From contig DASUWS010000232.1 in NCBI GenBank assembly GCA_036378295.1, positions 10,387 through 74,386 on the forward strand: a DNA stretch of 64,000 nucleotides, read 5' to 3'. Each line of letters starts with the position of its first letter. Position 1 is the stretch's first letter. Of this stretch, positions 45,550 to 55,561 are shown piece by piece. Position numbers and translations under genes: made by a program. The notes beneath the pieces were generated by a model. It made no database searches. It was given only the letters and a program-made list of their open reading frames with translations, and had not been told where the DNA came from. Origin of the DNA: Ktedonobacterales bacterium (GTDB lineage Bacteria > Chloroflexota > Ktedonobacteria > Ktedonobacterales > JADMIN01).

Positions 45550-47619
45550 CTAGACGCGAATCTCCTCTACCTGAGACAGGTTGATGAAGAGGTCGCAGCT
45601 TTGCCGCAGGATCATCGAAGCGGCGTCGTCGAAGGCGGCCACCTCCACCCGTACGCCGCGATCAGAACAGTATTCGAGCAGCGGTAGGAAGTCGCTGTCG
45701 CCACTGACCAGTACGACGGTATCGAGCGAGCCAGCATCCACCAGCCGCACGATATCCATGCACAGATCGAGATCCATATCAGCCTTGCGCGCGCCGCTGG
45801 CAAAGGTCTTGTAATTCTTGGTCGTGATGCGATAGCCAACGCCCTTCACCGCCGAGAGGAAGGTCTGCTCGGCGTGGGGGTCGGGGTTGGTCGGCGCATA
45901 GGCATGCGCGCGAATCAGTCGCCGATTGCCACGCAGGAAGTCGAGCAGGCGACCAAAATCGATGCTCATTCGCTGGCTGCGCGCCGAATAGAGCAGGTTC
46001 GCGACATCCACGAAGACGCCAACTCGCTCCGTCGAGGGGAACACCGGCAGCGCCACCGTCATGGCAGGCGGATTTTGCTGGCGACGCAGCTCACTGAGCA
46101 GCCGATCGGTCTGTTGGGCGATGGCATTGGTGATGATCGTGCCCAACTGATTGGCCGACATCGGCGGCGCTTCACCCGCCCGCTCACCACGCCGGACTCG
46201 CGTCGTCGTCTCATGCAGCGGCGTCGCCACTCCAGCGGACTGCGGGCCGAATCCATGCGCGAAGGACGGCTCTGGTGAGCCAAAGGGGCTTTCTGGCTCC
46301 TGCACGTGTCCTTGCGCGGTCGCCATATTCCATGGCGATTCCGGGTAGTGCGCGGCGGGCGTCGAAGGACGCGAGGTGCGTGCGCGTGGCGCGGGGGTAT
46401 ACGGCGCGTAGCCAGCCTCCTCATAGCCCTTGGCGCCGGACGTGTAGCCGTTGCCCAGATCGCGGTCATGCGCATAGGTCACCGTCGTCTCCGGCACCAC
46501 GTACGGAGTGGGCTGGCGCGGTGCTGGTTCCTCGTGGCCGCCCTGCTCTTCGCCCTCGGCCTCCCCAGTCTCGGACTCCTGCGCATGAGCGCCCCGACCC
46601 CGACGACGGCGGCGACGGCGAGATGCGCTCTCACGCTCCGTCTGGTCTTCTCCTTCGGTTGTTTCCTCAGCCGCGGCGGGCGCTTGCTCCTCGCGAGCTT
46701 CTGGCGTTTCCACGGCTTCCACGGCCTGTGGGGTTTCTGGCGCTTCTGGCGCTTCTGGCGCGGCTGCGGTCTCAGGGGAAGCCGCCTCGGCGCTCTCGAT
46801 CGGAACGGTCAGGATTTCGGCCTGACCCTCTTCCTCCGCTGGAGCCGTTTCCGCCTGTGCGGATGGCGGCGGAGTCATCAACGTTGGCGGGGTGGCGCGC
46901 CAGCCACTGAGGCGCTCTGGGCGCACCCCTGTTTGCCCGGCGGCTGGCTGCGAGCGCGGGCGATCAAAGCGGTAGCGGCGTGGAGCCGGCAGCGGCGACT
47001 CTTCCTGTGGCGCGGCAGCAGATTCGAGCGCGGGTTCAGCCGTTGCGGACGGCTGCTCCGGAGCAGCCTGATGCCCCGCCGCCTGAGACATCGCATCGAG
47101 ATGGGCCAGAATGGCGGCATCCAGCGGCAGCGGCTCCATGGCGGGGAACGACTCCACCAGCGGATTCTCTGGCTTCTCAGTCGCCTCAATGTCGGCGGGT
47201 CCGGCGGTCTCGGGCGCTCCGACGGTAGTGACGTTCGGAAGCAACTGAACGTCCAGCGTCTCGGCCTTACCGCGACGGCGCGTATTCGCGTTCCGCCGCC
47301 CGCGTGTGCTGGGACGCTTAGGTGTCTCCGTCACTGGCGCTGGCGCAGTCGCGACCGCATCTGCCGCGGTCTGCTGGGCGGCTGGCGTCGCGGGAACCTC
47401 AGCGGCGGGAGCAACCGTCGCCTGCTCACCATGCTGCTCACCTGATTGTTCTTTCGCTTCATGCTGGTCTTTGGGCTTGCGGCTCCGGCTGGATGTATGC
47501 CGCCTGCGCGCGGGCCGTGATGTCCCAGCCTTTGGCGCGCCGCTTTCTGCGCCACCTGGCGCTGTGTTTTCTGTCGTCCCTGGCGCTTGCTGCGTAGGGT
47601 CTTGTTGATCTTGTGTCAT
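45550..47619 (-). CDS. NYN (LabA-like) domain protein with about 480-aa disordered N-terminal region
   Basis: The C-terminal 170 aa read VGVFVDVANLLYSA...KADMDLDLCMDIV...VVLVSGDSDFLPLLE, which carries the NYN/PIN-like acidic residues. The N-terminus is A/P/E/T/R-rich with an RRRRRRGRG stretch. AGGAG precedes the ATG at 47619. Confidence 0.75.
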   Translation of the reverse strand: MTQDQQDPTQQAPGTTENTAPGGAESGAPKAGTSRPARRRHTSSRSRKPKDQHEAKEQSGEQHGEQATVAPAAEVPATPAAQQTAADAVATAPAPVTETPKRPSTRGRRNANTRRRGKAETLDVQLLPNVTTVGAPETAGPADIEATEKPENPLVESFPAMEPLPLDAAILAHLDAMSQAAGHQAAPEQPSATAEPALESAAAPQEESPLPAPRRYRFDRPRSQPAAGQTGVRPERLSGWRATPPTLMTPPPSAQAETAPAEEEGQAEILTVPIESAEAASPETAAAPEAPEAPETPQAVEAVETPEAREEQAPAAAEETTEGEDQTERESASRRRRRRRGRGAHAQESETGEAEGEEQGGHEEPAPRQPTPYVVPETTVTYAHDRDLGNGYTSGAKGYEEAGYAPYTPAPRARTSRPSTPAAHYPESPWNMATAQGHVQEPESPFGSPEPSFAHGFGPQSAGVATPLHETTTRVRRGERAGEAPPMSANQLGTIITNAIAQQTDRLLSELRRQQNPPAMTVALPVFPSTERVGVFVDVANLLYSARSQRMSIDFGRLLDFLRGNRRLIRAHAYAPTNPDPHAEQTFLSAVKGVGYRITTKNYKTFASGARKADMDLDLCMDIVRLVDAGSLDTVVLVSGDSDFLPLLEYCSDRGVRVEVAAFDDAASMILRQSCDLFINLSQVEEIRV

Positions 47620-47971
47620 GTCGTCTCCTGCTTCTGCCGCGGGCAGGGGCGCAGAGCGGTGTGGCGGGGAGGTTGAATATGCGCCTGGGGGAAACCAGAT
47701 GTATCGCAACGCGCTGCTGTAAAGCTCTTTCGCGCTCTGCCTGAAGCAAGTCTGCAGTCTCTTTACTGGCTTTCAGCGCTGAAGCAGAATCCCGTCGCGT
47801 CAGCCCGTCATTCCCTGGCCGATCTCAACCCAACCTCAACCCTCTCCCACTACCCTTCCGGCATTCCGCCCTCCGTGGCGGAAGCGCTACCCTGTGCGGG
47901 CCTGATGTCTGTTTGTCTGTCTGTGCGCTGCCGGAGCAGCACATCAGGAACGATTTCAGAGCGCTCCTAGA

Positions 47972-48688
47972 TCAGGAGCGATGCTCTGAAGTCAGTGATT
48001 GTGCCGTATTCATGCTGTCGGGACGGTTGCCATTACTGCGTGCGGGCGAGCCATCAGGGGTGCCGGGCGCATCAGGCGATTGATGCGCTGCACGCGAAAG
48101 CTTCAGCCAGACGACCACAATGCGCTGCACCGAGGTGAACACACTAGTCACTGCGAGCAACAGCAACGTCCAGATGAGCCACTGCTCGGCTCCCAGGATG
48201 AGTCCTACAGCCAGCACCAGCACGCGCTCTGGCCGGGCCATCAGGCCGCTTTTCATTTCCAGGCCCAGTCCCTCAGCCCGCGCGCGCGCATAGCTGACCA
48301 TCAGCGACCCCAGGCCGGCAATATATGCCAGGGCCAGGGTCCATGCCTTCTCCGTTGACGATGGCAAGGTGTTGACATAGAGGATGACGCCGAGAATGAC
48401 AATACCCTCGGAATAGCGATCCAGTGTCGAATCAAAGAAAGCGCCAAATGTAGTCTTTTGATTGCGTACACGCGCCAGCGCGCCATCCACCATGTCAAAC
48501 ATTCCAGCGAATAGAAGCAGCACCCCGCCCAGGCGCAATGCGCCCATCGCCAGAACCGCCGCCGTAATCGCGTTGAGCAGCAACCCAAGCACAGTCGCCA
48601 TATTCGGAGTCATGCCTATCGCCGCCAGCGGCCTTACTACCATCTCGGCAATGTGGCGCGCGGTCTGTTGTACGCGTGGCCCGAACAT
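47972..48688 (-). CDS. CDP-alcohol phosphatidyltransferase (phosphatidylinositol-phosphate synthase-like)
   Basis: The signature D-x2-DG-x2-AR-x8-G-x3-D-x3-D appears in FDMVDGALARVRNQKTTFGAFFDSTLDRYSE. Six TM segments are present. The gene is last in the ino1/pimA-like gene string. Confidence 0.8.
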   Translation of the reverse strand: MFGPRVQQTARHIAEMVVRPLAAIGMTPNMATVLGLLLNAITAAVLAMGALRLGGVLLLFAGMFDMVDGALARVRNQKTTFGAFFDSTLDRYSEGIVILGVILYVNTLPSSTEKAWTLALAYIAGLGSLMVSYARARAEGLGLEMKSGLMARPERVLVLAVGLILGAEQWLIWTLLLLAVTSVFTSVQRIVVVWLKLSRAAHQSPDAPGTPDGSPARSNGNRPDSMNTAQSLTSEHRS

Positions 48689-48826
48689 ACGTGCTCCTCG
48701 TTGCGTGCTGCTTCTATTGTACCACTCTCTGTCCCAGGGTTATGGTCTGGAATTTCAGGAACTCGCTTCTGTGAGCGATTCTGATCCCCCAAAAGGTGCG
48801 CGCATGGCCCATCAGGCCCAATCGCA

Positions 48827-50086
48827 TCAGCCGTCCATCATCATCCGCGAGAGATGATCCGGGGCGATGCTCTTCGAGTGCTCTTCTAGCAGCGGCAAAG
48901 CGGCTGCGGCAGGACGCGTGATCTGGCGTCCCCACGCGGGAGTATACTCCGCCCGCAGCTCACAATAATAGTTGAGCACCTGGTCGGCCACATGCTCCCA
49001 GCCAAAGTCTTTCGCGCGCTCTCGGGCTGCCGCCGCCAGGCGCGCGCGCTCACTCTCGTCATCTAGCAAATGACAGACCGCCCACGCCAGTTGCTCGTGG
49101 TTCTTTGGCGCGACCAGGAGGCCATCGCGGCGATTGCGAATCACCGAGCGGAACCCTGGAATATCAGAAGCCACCACCGCGCGCCCGGAGGCCATCGCCT
49201 CCAGCAAGACAATGCCCTGGCTCTCACCACCCGTATTCGGCGCGCAGAAAACATCCGCCGTAGCGTATAGCGACGGAAGCTGCTCCGCTGGCACGCGCCC
49301 CAGGAAGATGACATCGCGCCACCCCGCCTGAGCCACGTAGGTCTGGAAGCCAACTCGCTGTGGTCCGTCGCCGCCGATCAGGAAGCGCGTCTGGGGGTAG
49401 TGCTGGCGAATAATGGGAATCGCTCGCAGCAGGTACTTCAGCCCTTTGCGCTGCTCCAGCCGCCCCAGGAAGACGATAGTGAACCGATCATCCTGGGAAT
49501 ACTGAGCCAGTGGCGCGACGCCCTCGTGGAAGCGCCCCAGATCAACCCCATTTGGGATGATGCGGTACTCACCGGGGAAGAAACGCGAGACGAACTCCGC
49601 CGCGGCGGGCGAGACGGCGATGCGCCCGTGGAGTCGCCGGAAGTACCGCCCCAGCAATGGCTTGGCGGAATAGTACGCCCAATCGCTGGTCGAGGTCAGG
49701 CTGCGGCGCGCCCAGGCGTGGAAGGTTCCGACATAAATGGTATTGGTGACGCCGGTCAGGCGGAGCATGGTCAGCGGCAGGGCGGAGGCGAGCGGCTCGT
49801 GCAGATGCAGCACGTCGAACTGCTCCCGCCGCAACAGCGAGCGGATGCGTCCTCGCCAGTCAGGAGCGACCGCGACGCGCGCCACCGAGCCATTTACCCG
49901 GACAGGTGCCGCCCATCCCAGCTTGTACACCCCATATTCCACCTGACGGGAGCGCAGCCCGGTCGCCGGGGTGAGGATGCGCACGGTATTCCCCCGGCTA
50001 CGCAACTCCGCGGCCAGATGCGCTATATGATCCTGTACGCCCCCTGGATAGCTCCAGTCATAGGGCGAGACGAGTCCGATCTTCAC
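48827..50086 (-). CDS. pimA: GT4 glycosyltransferase, PimA-like (phosphatidylinositol alpha-mannosyltransferase candidate)
   Basis: The N-terminus MKIGLVSPYDWSYPGGVQDHIAHLAAELRSRGNTVRILTP closely mirrors the PimA N-terminus. The C-terminal GT-B motif reads ESQGIVLLEAMASGRAVVASDIPG. Confidence 0.7.
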   Translation of the reverse strand: MKIGLVSPYDWSYPGGVQDHIAHLAAELRSRGNTVRILTPATGLRSRQVEYGVYKLGWAAPVRVNGSVARVAVAPDWRGRIRSLLRREQFDVLHLHEPLASALPLTMLRLTGVTNTIYVGTFHAWARRSLTSTSDWAYYSAKPLLGRYFRRLHGRIAVSPAAAEFVSRFFPGEYRIIPNGVDLGRFHEGVAPLAQYSQDDRFTIVFLGRLEQRKGLKYLLRAIPIIRQHYPQTRFLIGGDGPQRVGFQTYVAQAGWRDVIFLGRVPAEQLPSLYATADVFCAPNTGGESQGIVLLEAMASGRAVVASDIPGFRSVIRNRRDGLLVAPKNHEQLAWAVCHLLDDESERARLAAAARERAKDFGWEHVADQVLNYYCELRAEYTPAWGRQITRPAAAALPLLEEHSKSIAPDHLSRMMMDG

Positions 50087-50221
50087 CGTGCGCCTTCCTG
50101 CCAGTTTGCCACATCAATAGTGCTGATCCACGACCGGGATGCTGCTATAGACGATCCCGGTAGGCTCATACTGAATGGTTGGATTGACCGCAACGTCCCA
50201 CTAGATGCGGAGTCGCTGCAT

Positions 50222-51157
50222 TTAACGTACCGCACTGGCTGAGAGAGGCATACGTGTGCTCCGCTGGAGAGCAAAGCCACCAATGCGGGCGATTGCGGTG
50301 CGCCGGGGCTCCATTTGCTCGAACGTCGCCCCACCTCCGTATACCATGCGGTGTGAAACAAAGGCAACATACTCCCTGGCCTGCCAGTAACGCCCCTCGG
50401 GCGCGGTCCGACGCGCCTCGACCGCCCGCCGGAACTCGGCAGCGTTGTGCCCTGGGAAGACCGTGCGGGCGCAGCCGACCGCCGTCGTCGTATGGGCATC
50501 GCTGCTACCAGTCTCTGCCCAATGATATACCGTGCGCGCAAGCGTCATCGCGACCCGCGACGAGCCAATGCCCGCGAAGCTGCCATTGAGCGTCTCGATG
50601 CCATCGGGATGCACCTCAGGCTGGCGCAGCAGGCGATTCATCACCTTGCGCTGGACACTATGGCGAAAGACGGGATTGAAGGGGTGGGCGATAATCGCGA
50701 GACCTCCCTGCGCATGCACCAGCTCGATGCTGCGCTCGATGCTCAGATCGGGCGGGACGCGCTTTTCCAGGAAGAGCGCGAGCATATGCCCCTCGCGCGT
50801 GCTAATCTCTTCGCCGACAATCACCTCGAAGGGGTAGTCACGTTGTGCCGCCAGGTCGCGCGCGCGCAACGCGCCCTCGATGGTGTCGTGGTCGGTAATA
50901 GCGATCACGTCGAGCGGGGTATACGTCTCGACGAAACTCAGCACTTCCTCCACCGAGCCAGTACCATCGCTGTAGTTGGTGTGCATATGCACATCGGCCA
51001 GCCCGTCACCGGGTTGGTGCTCCAGAGTAACGTTGGCGGCCTCGTCGCGCTCGTAGGATCCTGCGATAGTCTCCTCGTAGACGTCTTCGTTTACGCTCGC
51101 GTTCTCTGACTCACGCGATGGTCTGCCGATGAATTCATTGCTGGATGTACTCTTCAT
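50222..51157 (-). CDS. PHP (polymerase/histidinol-phosphatase) domain metal-dependent phosphoesterase
   Basis: The PHP ligand motifs are DVHMHTNYSDG, AITDHDT, GEEIST, IIAHP and GSSDAH. The start was taken at MKSTSS (51157). Confidence 0.8.
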   Translation of the reverse strand: MKSTSSNEFIGRPSRESENASVNEDVYEETIAGSYERDEAANVTLEHQPGDGLADVHMHTNYSDGTGSVEEVLSFVETYTPLDVIAITDHDTIEGALRARDLAAQRDYPFEVIVGEEISTREGHMLALFLEKRVPPDLSIERSIELVHAQGGLAIIAHPFNPVFRHSVQRKVMNRLLRQPEVHPDGIETLNGSFAGIGSSRVAMTLARTVYHWAETGSSDAHTTTAVGCARTVFPGHNAAEFRRAVEARRTAPEGRYWQAREYVAFVSHRMVYGGGATFEQMEPRRTAIARIGGFALQRSTRMPLSASAVR

Positions 51158-51211
51158 GAGTTGTGTCTCTCTTCGCACTCCCTGCCTGCGCTTCCACGCC
51201 CTGCGTGTCGC

Positions 51212-52201
51212 TCAAGCGGACGGAATGGCTGATTGCTTCGCTGGCTGGTCGTTTGTTGTCGTGCGTGGCATGCTCTGAGCGACGCTCTGCCGCTCGCCAG
51301 TTTCCCAGATGGGTGCCAGCGTTGAAACCCACTGCTCTGGATGTGCCACAATGAGCCGCTCTAGCTGCTCGATAAACTTGCTCATCGCCTGTGTGATGGC
51401 GACTTCGGTACGGGCGCGCGTGGCTGCGCTGCCAGCGTGCTCTGAATCCACATGCTCCGGCTGAACATGCAGCGGGATGACAACCCCGTGTGACCGGCCC
51501 CGGCCAAGCCGCCACGAAAAAGACGCGAGAATCGGGGCGCCGGTCTTGAGCGCGAGGGAGAATGCCGACGTTGGCAGGCGTGCTGGCTCACCAAAGAACG
51601 GCACTTCTATGCTCGATCCGATGATGTAGCGGTCGGATGCCACCAATACCAGTTCGTTGCGCTTGAGCGCGTTCATCATCTCGCGCAGGGTTTCGCGACT
51701 GTCTGCCGGAAGCAGGCGCATGTTGTGGTGTTCGCGGGTCTTGCAGAACCACTCGTAGAGTGCTTCTGGCTGCATCCGCTCGACGGGCGTTGTCATTTGA
51801 TAGCCAAGCGCGCCGAGCCGGGACGCGCCATACTCGAAGTTGCCAAAGTGCGCGCTGACGATGATCGCCCCGCGTCCCTGGCGCATCACCTCATGGATGA
51901 TCGGCTCGCCTTCGGTAGTCCATCCCGCAAGCACCTGCTTATCGGTGAGATGCCGCCCGCGCAGGAAATCCACATAGTTCAGCACCATATGCTCGAAGAC
52001 ACCCCGCGAGGCACGATGGAGAGCAACGGGGTCGCTGGCAAGCGTGGGAACATGGCGTAGGTTGCGCTCCACCCGGCGACGAAGCTGGCCACCGAAAGCC
52101 CAGATGAGCATACCAATCAGTTGTGCACCGGGGTACACCAGCCACAGTGGTAAGAAAGGTACGATGGCTCCCGCCAGGCGGAAGGCGCGCAACTTAGCCA
52201 T
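51212..52201 (-). CDS. LpxL/HtrB/PatA-family lysophospholipid (lauroyl/palmitoyl) acyltransferase, copy 2
   Basis: The Lip_A_acyltrans pattern is present (RNLRHV, GAIIVSAHFGNFEY, PAD, FFGEPARLPTS). The ATG at 52201 overlaps the upstream stop through ATGGCTAA. Confidence 0.75.
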   Translation of the reverse strand: MAKLRAFRLAGAIVPFLPLWLVYPGAQLIGMLIWAFGGQLRRRVERNLRHVPTLASDPVALHRASRGVFEHMVLNYVDFLRGRHLTDKQVLAGWTTEGEPIIHEVMRQGRGAIIVSAHFGNFEYGASRLGALGYQMTTPVERMQPEALYEWFCKTREHHNMRLLPADSRETLREMMNALKRNELVLVASDRYIIGSSIEVPFFGEPARLPTSAFSLALKTGAPILASFSWRLGRGRSHGVVIPLHVQPEHVDSEHAGSAATRARTEVAITQAMSKFIEQLERLIVAHPEQWVSTLAPIWETGERQSVAQSMPRTTTNDQPAKQSAIPSA

Positions 52202-53159
52202 GTGTCTGTTCTCCGGATGCCTGATTGGCTGCCGCGACGGGCAACAGCCCGGTCGTGTCGCTCTGGAGAGCGGGCTCACCATCTTCTGGCCAGAACCGGC
52301 GGAACATTTCCCACTGATCAGGATACTGTCGAATAACTTCCTCCATCGCATCGAACATCCGTTGCATCAACCTGACCGTGTCAGCCTGCTTGTCACCGGT
52401 GTTCTCCGGGAAGATGGGCGACATCGCTCCTATATAATACGTGCTGGAGTAGTTTTTGTCGTAACGACAATAGCCTGGAAGAATCGCCGCGCCAGATTTC
52501 AGGGCCAACTGGGCGATACCACCCGGAACATAACACGTTTTGCCAAAGAAGGTTACTGGCACGCCCTGGCCAACGGGCAATGGCTTATCCACCGCAACAG
52601 CGACGACGCGATTCTCTTGCAGCGCGCGCAAGATACGGCGCGGTGTCTTTTCGATGCGAATAATCCCCAGGCCCAGCTTACCGCGCTGCTCCATGACCAG
52701 TTTATCCATGCGCGGGTCTTCGAATGATTCGACGATGATATCAATCGGGACGTGGCTGCGCACCATGACCGCGGCAACATCCCACGCGCCGAAGTGAAAC
52801 GAAACCAGGATGACGCCTTTGCCAGGGGCGAGCGCCTCATCGATGTGACGGAACGCGCCCGGTGGCGGCGTGACATCCTTCATGCGCGCCAGCAACTCGT
52901 CAAACGTCGCATTGGGAAGATAGAAGAAGTCAGAGATATAGCGGCCATAGTTGCGCCAGGATTGCCGCGCCAGCCGCCGCGCCCGCACGTCGTTCTCAGG
53001 CACACCGAGCACCTGCGCCATGTTCGCGATAGTCGCGTGTCGCTTTTCTGCCCAGCCATAATAGATCAGCACGGTGATCGGACCAGCGATAGCCAGCCGT
53101 ACCGGGCGCGGCACATGGCCAGCGAGCCAGCTTGCCAAACGGGTAAGATAATAAACCAA
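52194..53159 (-). CDS. LpxL/HtrB/PatA-family acyltransferase, copy 1
   Basis: Present are IANMAQVLG, GVILVSFHFGAWD, the catalytic H-x4-D-like FHFGAWD, and FFGKTCYVPGGIAQLA. Confidence 0.75.
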   Translation of the reverse strand: MVYYLTRLASWLAGHVPRPVRLAIAGPITVLIYYGWAEKRHATIANMAQVLGVPENDVRARRLARQSWRNYGRYISDFFYLPNATFDELLARMKDVTPPPGAFRHIDEALAPGKGVILVSFHFGAWDVAAVMVRSHVPIDIIVESFEDPRMDKLVMEQRGKLGLGIIRIEKTPRRILRALQENRVVAVAVDKPLPVGQGVPVTFFGKTCYVPGGIAQLALKSGAAILPGYCRYDKNYSSTYYIGAMSPIFPENTGDKQADTVRLMQRMFDAMEEVIRQYPDQWEMFRRFWPEDGEPALQSDTTGLLPVAAANQASGEQTHG

Positions 53160-53492
53160 CGGCTCGCTCCTTCGATGCGTCCTCGGCAGGCGGAGCAGCG
53201 AATACCTGCGGACGAATTGCGTGTCTCCGGCGTGTCCGGCGGCTTCTCGGTACTGAGACTGCCGGGGAGAGCGTATCAGCAGTTGCTCCGGATACGCAAC
53301 AGTACTGCGAGAAATGGGTGAGCCAAAACAGTGTTCCGTCGTTACAGAGCATCCGCGGGAGCCAGGCCGCAGGCTAAAGACGCGTGGCTAATCCCGTCCG
53401 CTCGATACTAGCTCGGCGGGCGAGCAAGTGTGCTCACTGGGGTTAGCCATGGCCTTCAGGCTACGGCGCGCTCCTGCCTGATACTCGATGGA

Positions 53493-54668
53493 CTATTCTG
53501 CCTTGGGCATATCCTGCACGGTGACGGGCTTCTCGTTGTAGCCGTTGGCCGTTGCGTGGGCCTTCGTCTCGGCAGCGGGCTGCGTGTCCTGGCTGAACTC
53601 CCTGATGAACTCTTCAGTCATCAGGCGAGCCTGCTCGTCGGTGTACTGGATGGCCGGTGACTTCATGAAGTAGGCCGACGGACCAAGCAACGCCCCGCCG
53701 ACACCCGCATCCTTCGCCAGCTTGGCGCAGCGAACCGCGTCGATGACGACACCCGCCGAGTTGGGCGAATCCCACACTTCGAGCTTCAGCTCGGCATTCA
53801 GCGGCACATCGCCAAAGGTGCGGCCCTCCAGGCGAATGTAGGCCCACTTGCGGTCCGTCAGCCAGGCCACATAGTCACTCGGACCGATGTGGACGTTATC
53901 GGCGCCAATATCGTAGTCGAGCTGGCTCGTGACGGCATTCGTCTTGGAGATCTTCTTGGATTCGAGGCGGTCACGCTCGAGCATGTTGTAGAAGTCGGTG
54001 TTGCCGCCGACGTTGAGCTGCATCGTGCGCTCCAGCCGAACGCCACGCTCGCGGAAGAGGCGCGTCAGCGTGCGGTGGACAATCGTCGCACCAACCTGGC
54101 TCTTGATGTCGTCGCCAACAACCGGAAGATTCGCCTGCTCGAAGCGCTCGCGCCAGTACTGCTCGCGCCCGATGAAGACCGGGATGCAGTTCACGAAAGC
54201 GCAGCCAGCCTGCAGCACCTGCTCCACATACCACTTGGTGGCTGTCTCGCTGCCAACAGGCAGATAATTGATCACGACATCGGTGCCGGTGTCCTGCAAC
54301 ACTTTGACGATATCGGCGGTCTTGCCAGGAGCCTTGGTAATGACCTGCGAGAGATACTTGCCCAGGCCGTCATGCGTCATGCCCCGCTCGACCATGACGC
54401 CCTTCGTGGGGACGCTGGCGAACTTATAGGTGTTGTTCTGGCCGGAGAAGATTGCCTCGCTGAGATCCTTGCCGACTTTATCCGCGTCGATGTCAATCGC
54501 GGTGGAGAACTCGATATCGCTAATGTGATAGCCACCAAGGTTGACGTGCATCAGCCCTGGAACGAAGTCATCATCGGCGGCGTTCTTGTAATACTCGACG
54601 CCCTGCACGAGGGACGACGCGCAATTGCCCACGCCGACGATGCCCACGCGCACTTTCTTCTTGCCCAA
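53493..54668 (-). CDS. ino1: myo-Inositol-1-phosphate (inositol-3-phosphate) synthase
   Basis: Present are [39 protein letters not shown] and LNVGGNTDF. The likely start is the TTG at 54666-54668, 9 nt after AGGAGG; the track ORF extends to 54713. Confidence 0.9.
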   Translation of the reverse strand: MGKKKVRVGIVGVGNCASSLVQGVEYYKNAADDDFVPGLMHVNLGGYHISDIEFSTAIDIDADKVGKDLSEAIFSGQNNTYKFASVPTKGVMVERGMTHDGLGKYLSQVITKAPGKTADIVKVLQDTGTDVVINYLPVGSETATKWYVEQVLQAGCAFVNCIPVFIGREQYWRERFEQANLPVVGDDIKSQVGATIVHRTLTRLFRERGVRLERTMQLNVGGNTDFYNMLERDRLESKKISKTNAVTSQLDYDIGADNVHIGPSDYVAWLTDRKWAYIRLEGRTFGDVPLNAELKLEVWDSPNSAGVVIDAVRCAKLAKDAGVGGALLGPSAYFMKSPAIQYTDEQARLMTEEFIREFSQDTQPAAETKAHATANGYNEKPVTVQDMPKAE

Positions 54669-54767
54669 GTTGCTATGCCTCCTGAAATAGGACTGTGTGC
54701 AAACTACTGCCATCGCAACCCAGGATCATCGGGTGCGATGACGGCGAACCCCTCAAATCCAGATCAT

Positions 54768-55196
54768 TTAGAATTGTCGTGCGGGCCGTGTGCCGGCTGG
54801 CTTGCCCGCAGATGCGCCCGGCGCACCTGATGCTTCCGATACGTCCGATGCGTCCGATCCACCTGCCGATGCTGGCGCCGCTATCGCTGGGATGCCACTG
54901 ACGACATCGGCTAGCTGGCGCAGGCATTGCTGACAACGGGCAACATCGAGCGAGCAATACACTTGCCGTCCCTGACGCCGTGTCCGCACGAGCCCGTTGC
55001 GCCGCAGAATCGCCAGATGCCACGAAACTAATGGCTGGCTAATCAGCAATTGCTGCGTCAGGTCCGTGACGTTTACCTCCTGGCTGTCGGCCAGAATACG
55101 TACGATGTTCAACCGCACCTTATCGGCCAGCGCTCGCGTCAGTTTTTCGAGTTCGGTGTAATCCTGCCAGCCGTCAGGTGTGCCTGTCTGCGTCAT
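54768..55196 (-). CDS. ArsR/SmtB family transcriptional regulator
   Basis: The segment LADKVRLNIVRILADSQEVNVTDLTQQLLISQPLVSWHLAILRRNGLVRTRRQGRQVYCSL matches the family. The gene lies directly upstream of ino1 on the same strand. Confidence 0.85.
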   Translation of the reverse strand: MTQTGTPDGWQDYTELEKLTRALADKVRLNIVRILADSQEVNVTDLTQQLLISQPLVSWHLAILRRNGLVRTRRQGRQVYCSLDVARCQQCLRQLADVVSGIPAIAAPASAGGSDASDVSEASGAPGASAGKPAGTRPARQF

Positions 55197-55278
55197 TCGC
55201 TCCGCCTTCAGCCGACGAGGAGGAGCACATACCCGCACTACGTTGTGCTGATCTCCCGCCTGGATACATCAAACTGCG

Positions 55279-55315
55279 CTATATAAACAAATCCTATATA
55301 AAGGATCGCTATATA
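55279..55315. promoter_or_regulatory. AT-rich operator/promoter-like element: three CTATATA repeats at 15-bp spacing around an ATCCT-N6-AGGAT inverted repeat
   Basis: CTATATA occurs at 55279, 55294 and 55309. The inverted repeat ATCCTATATAAAGGAT lies at 55291-55306. This is the most AT-rich stretch in the window, 85-120 nt upstream of the ArsR start. Confidence 0.5.
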
Positions 55316-55561
55316 TGTACCCTAGTTACCCAGGCTTGTCAAGAGGTGGCACGCGAGTTTGTGCGAACTGGTGAGGATCATCTGAACCTGCGCAGGCTGG
55401 TCGCCTCCTGGCCGTTGGGGGAGTGACGGCACTGCCGGAAAGACGGGCGCGCGATCAGCCCCGGACATGTAGACTGGCGACAAGGTGGGCAGTCGCATTG
55501 CGACGCGAGATGCAATGCGAGACGATGCCGGCGATCATGATGAGGATTCGAGGGGCGAACC

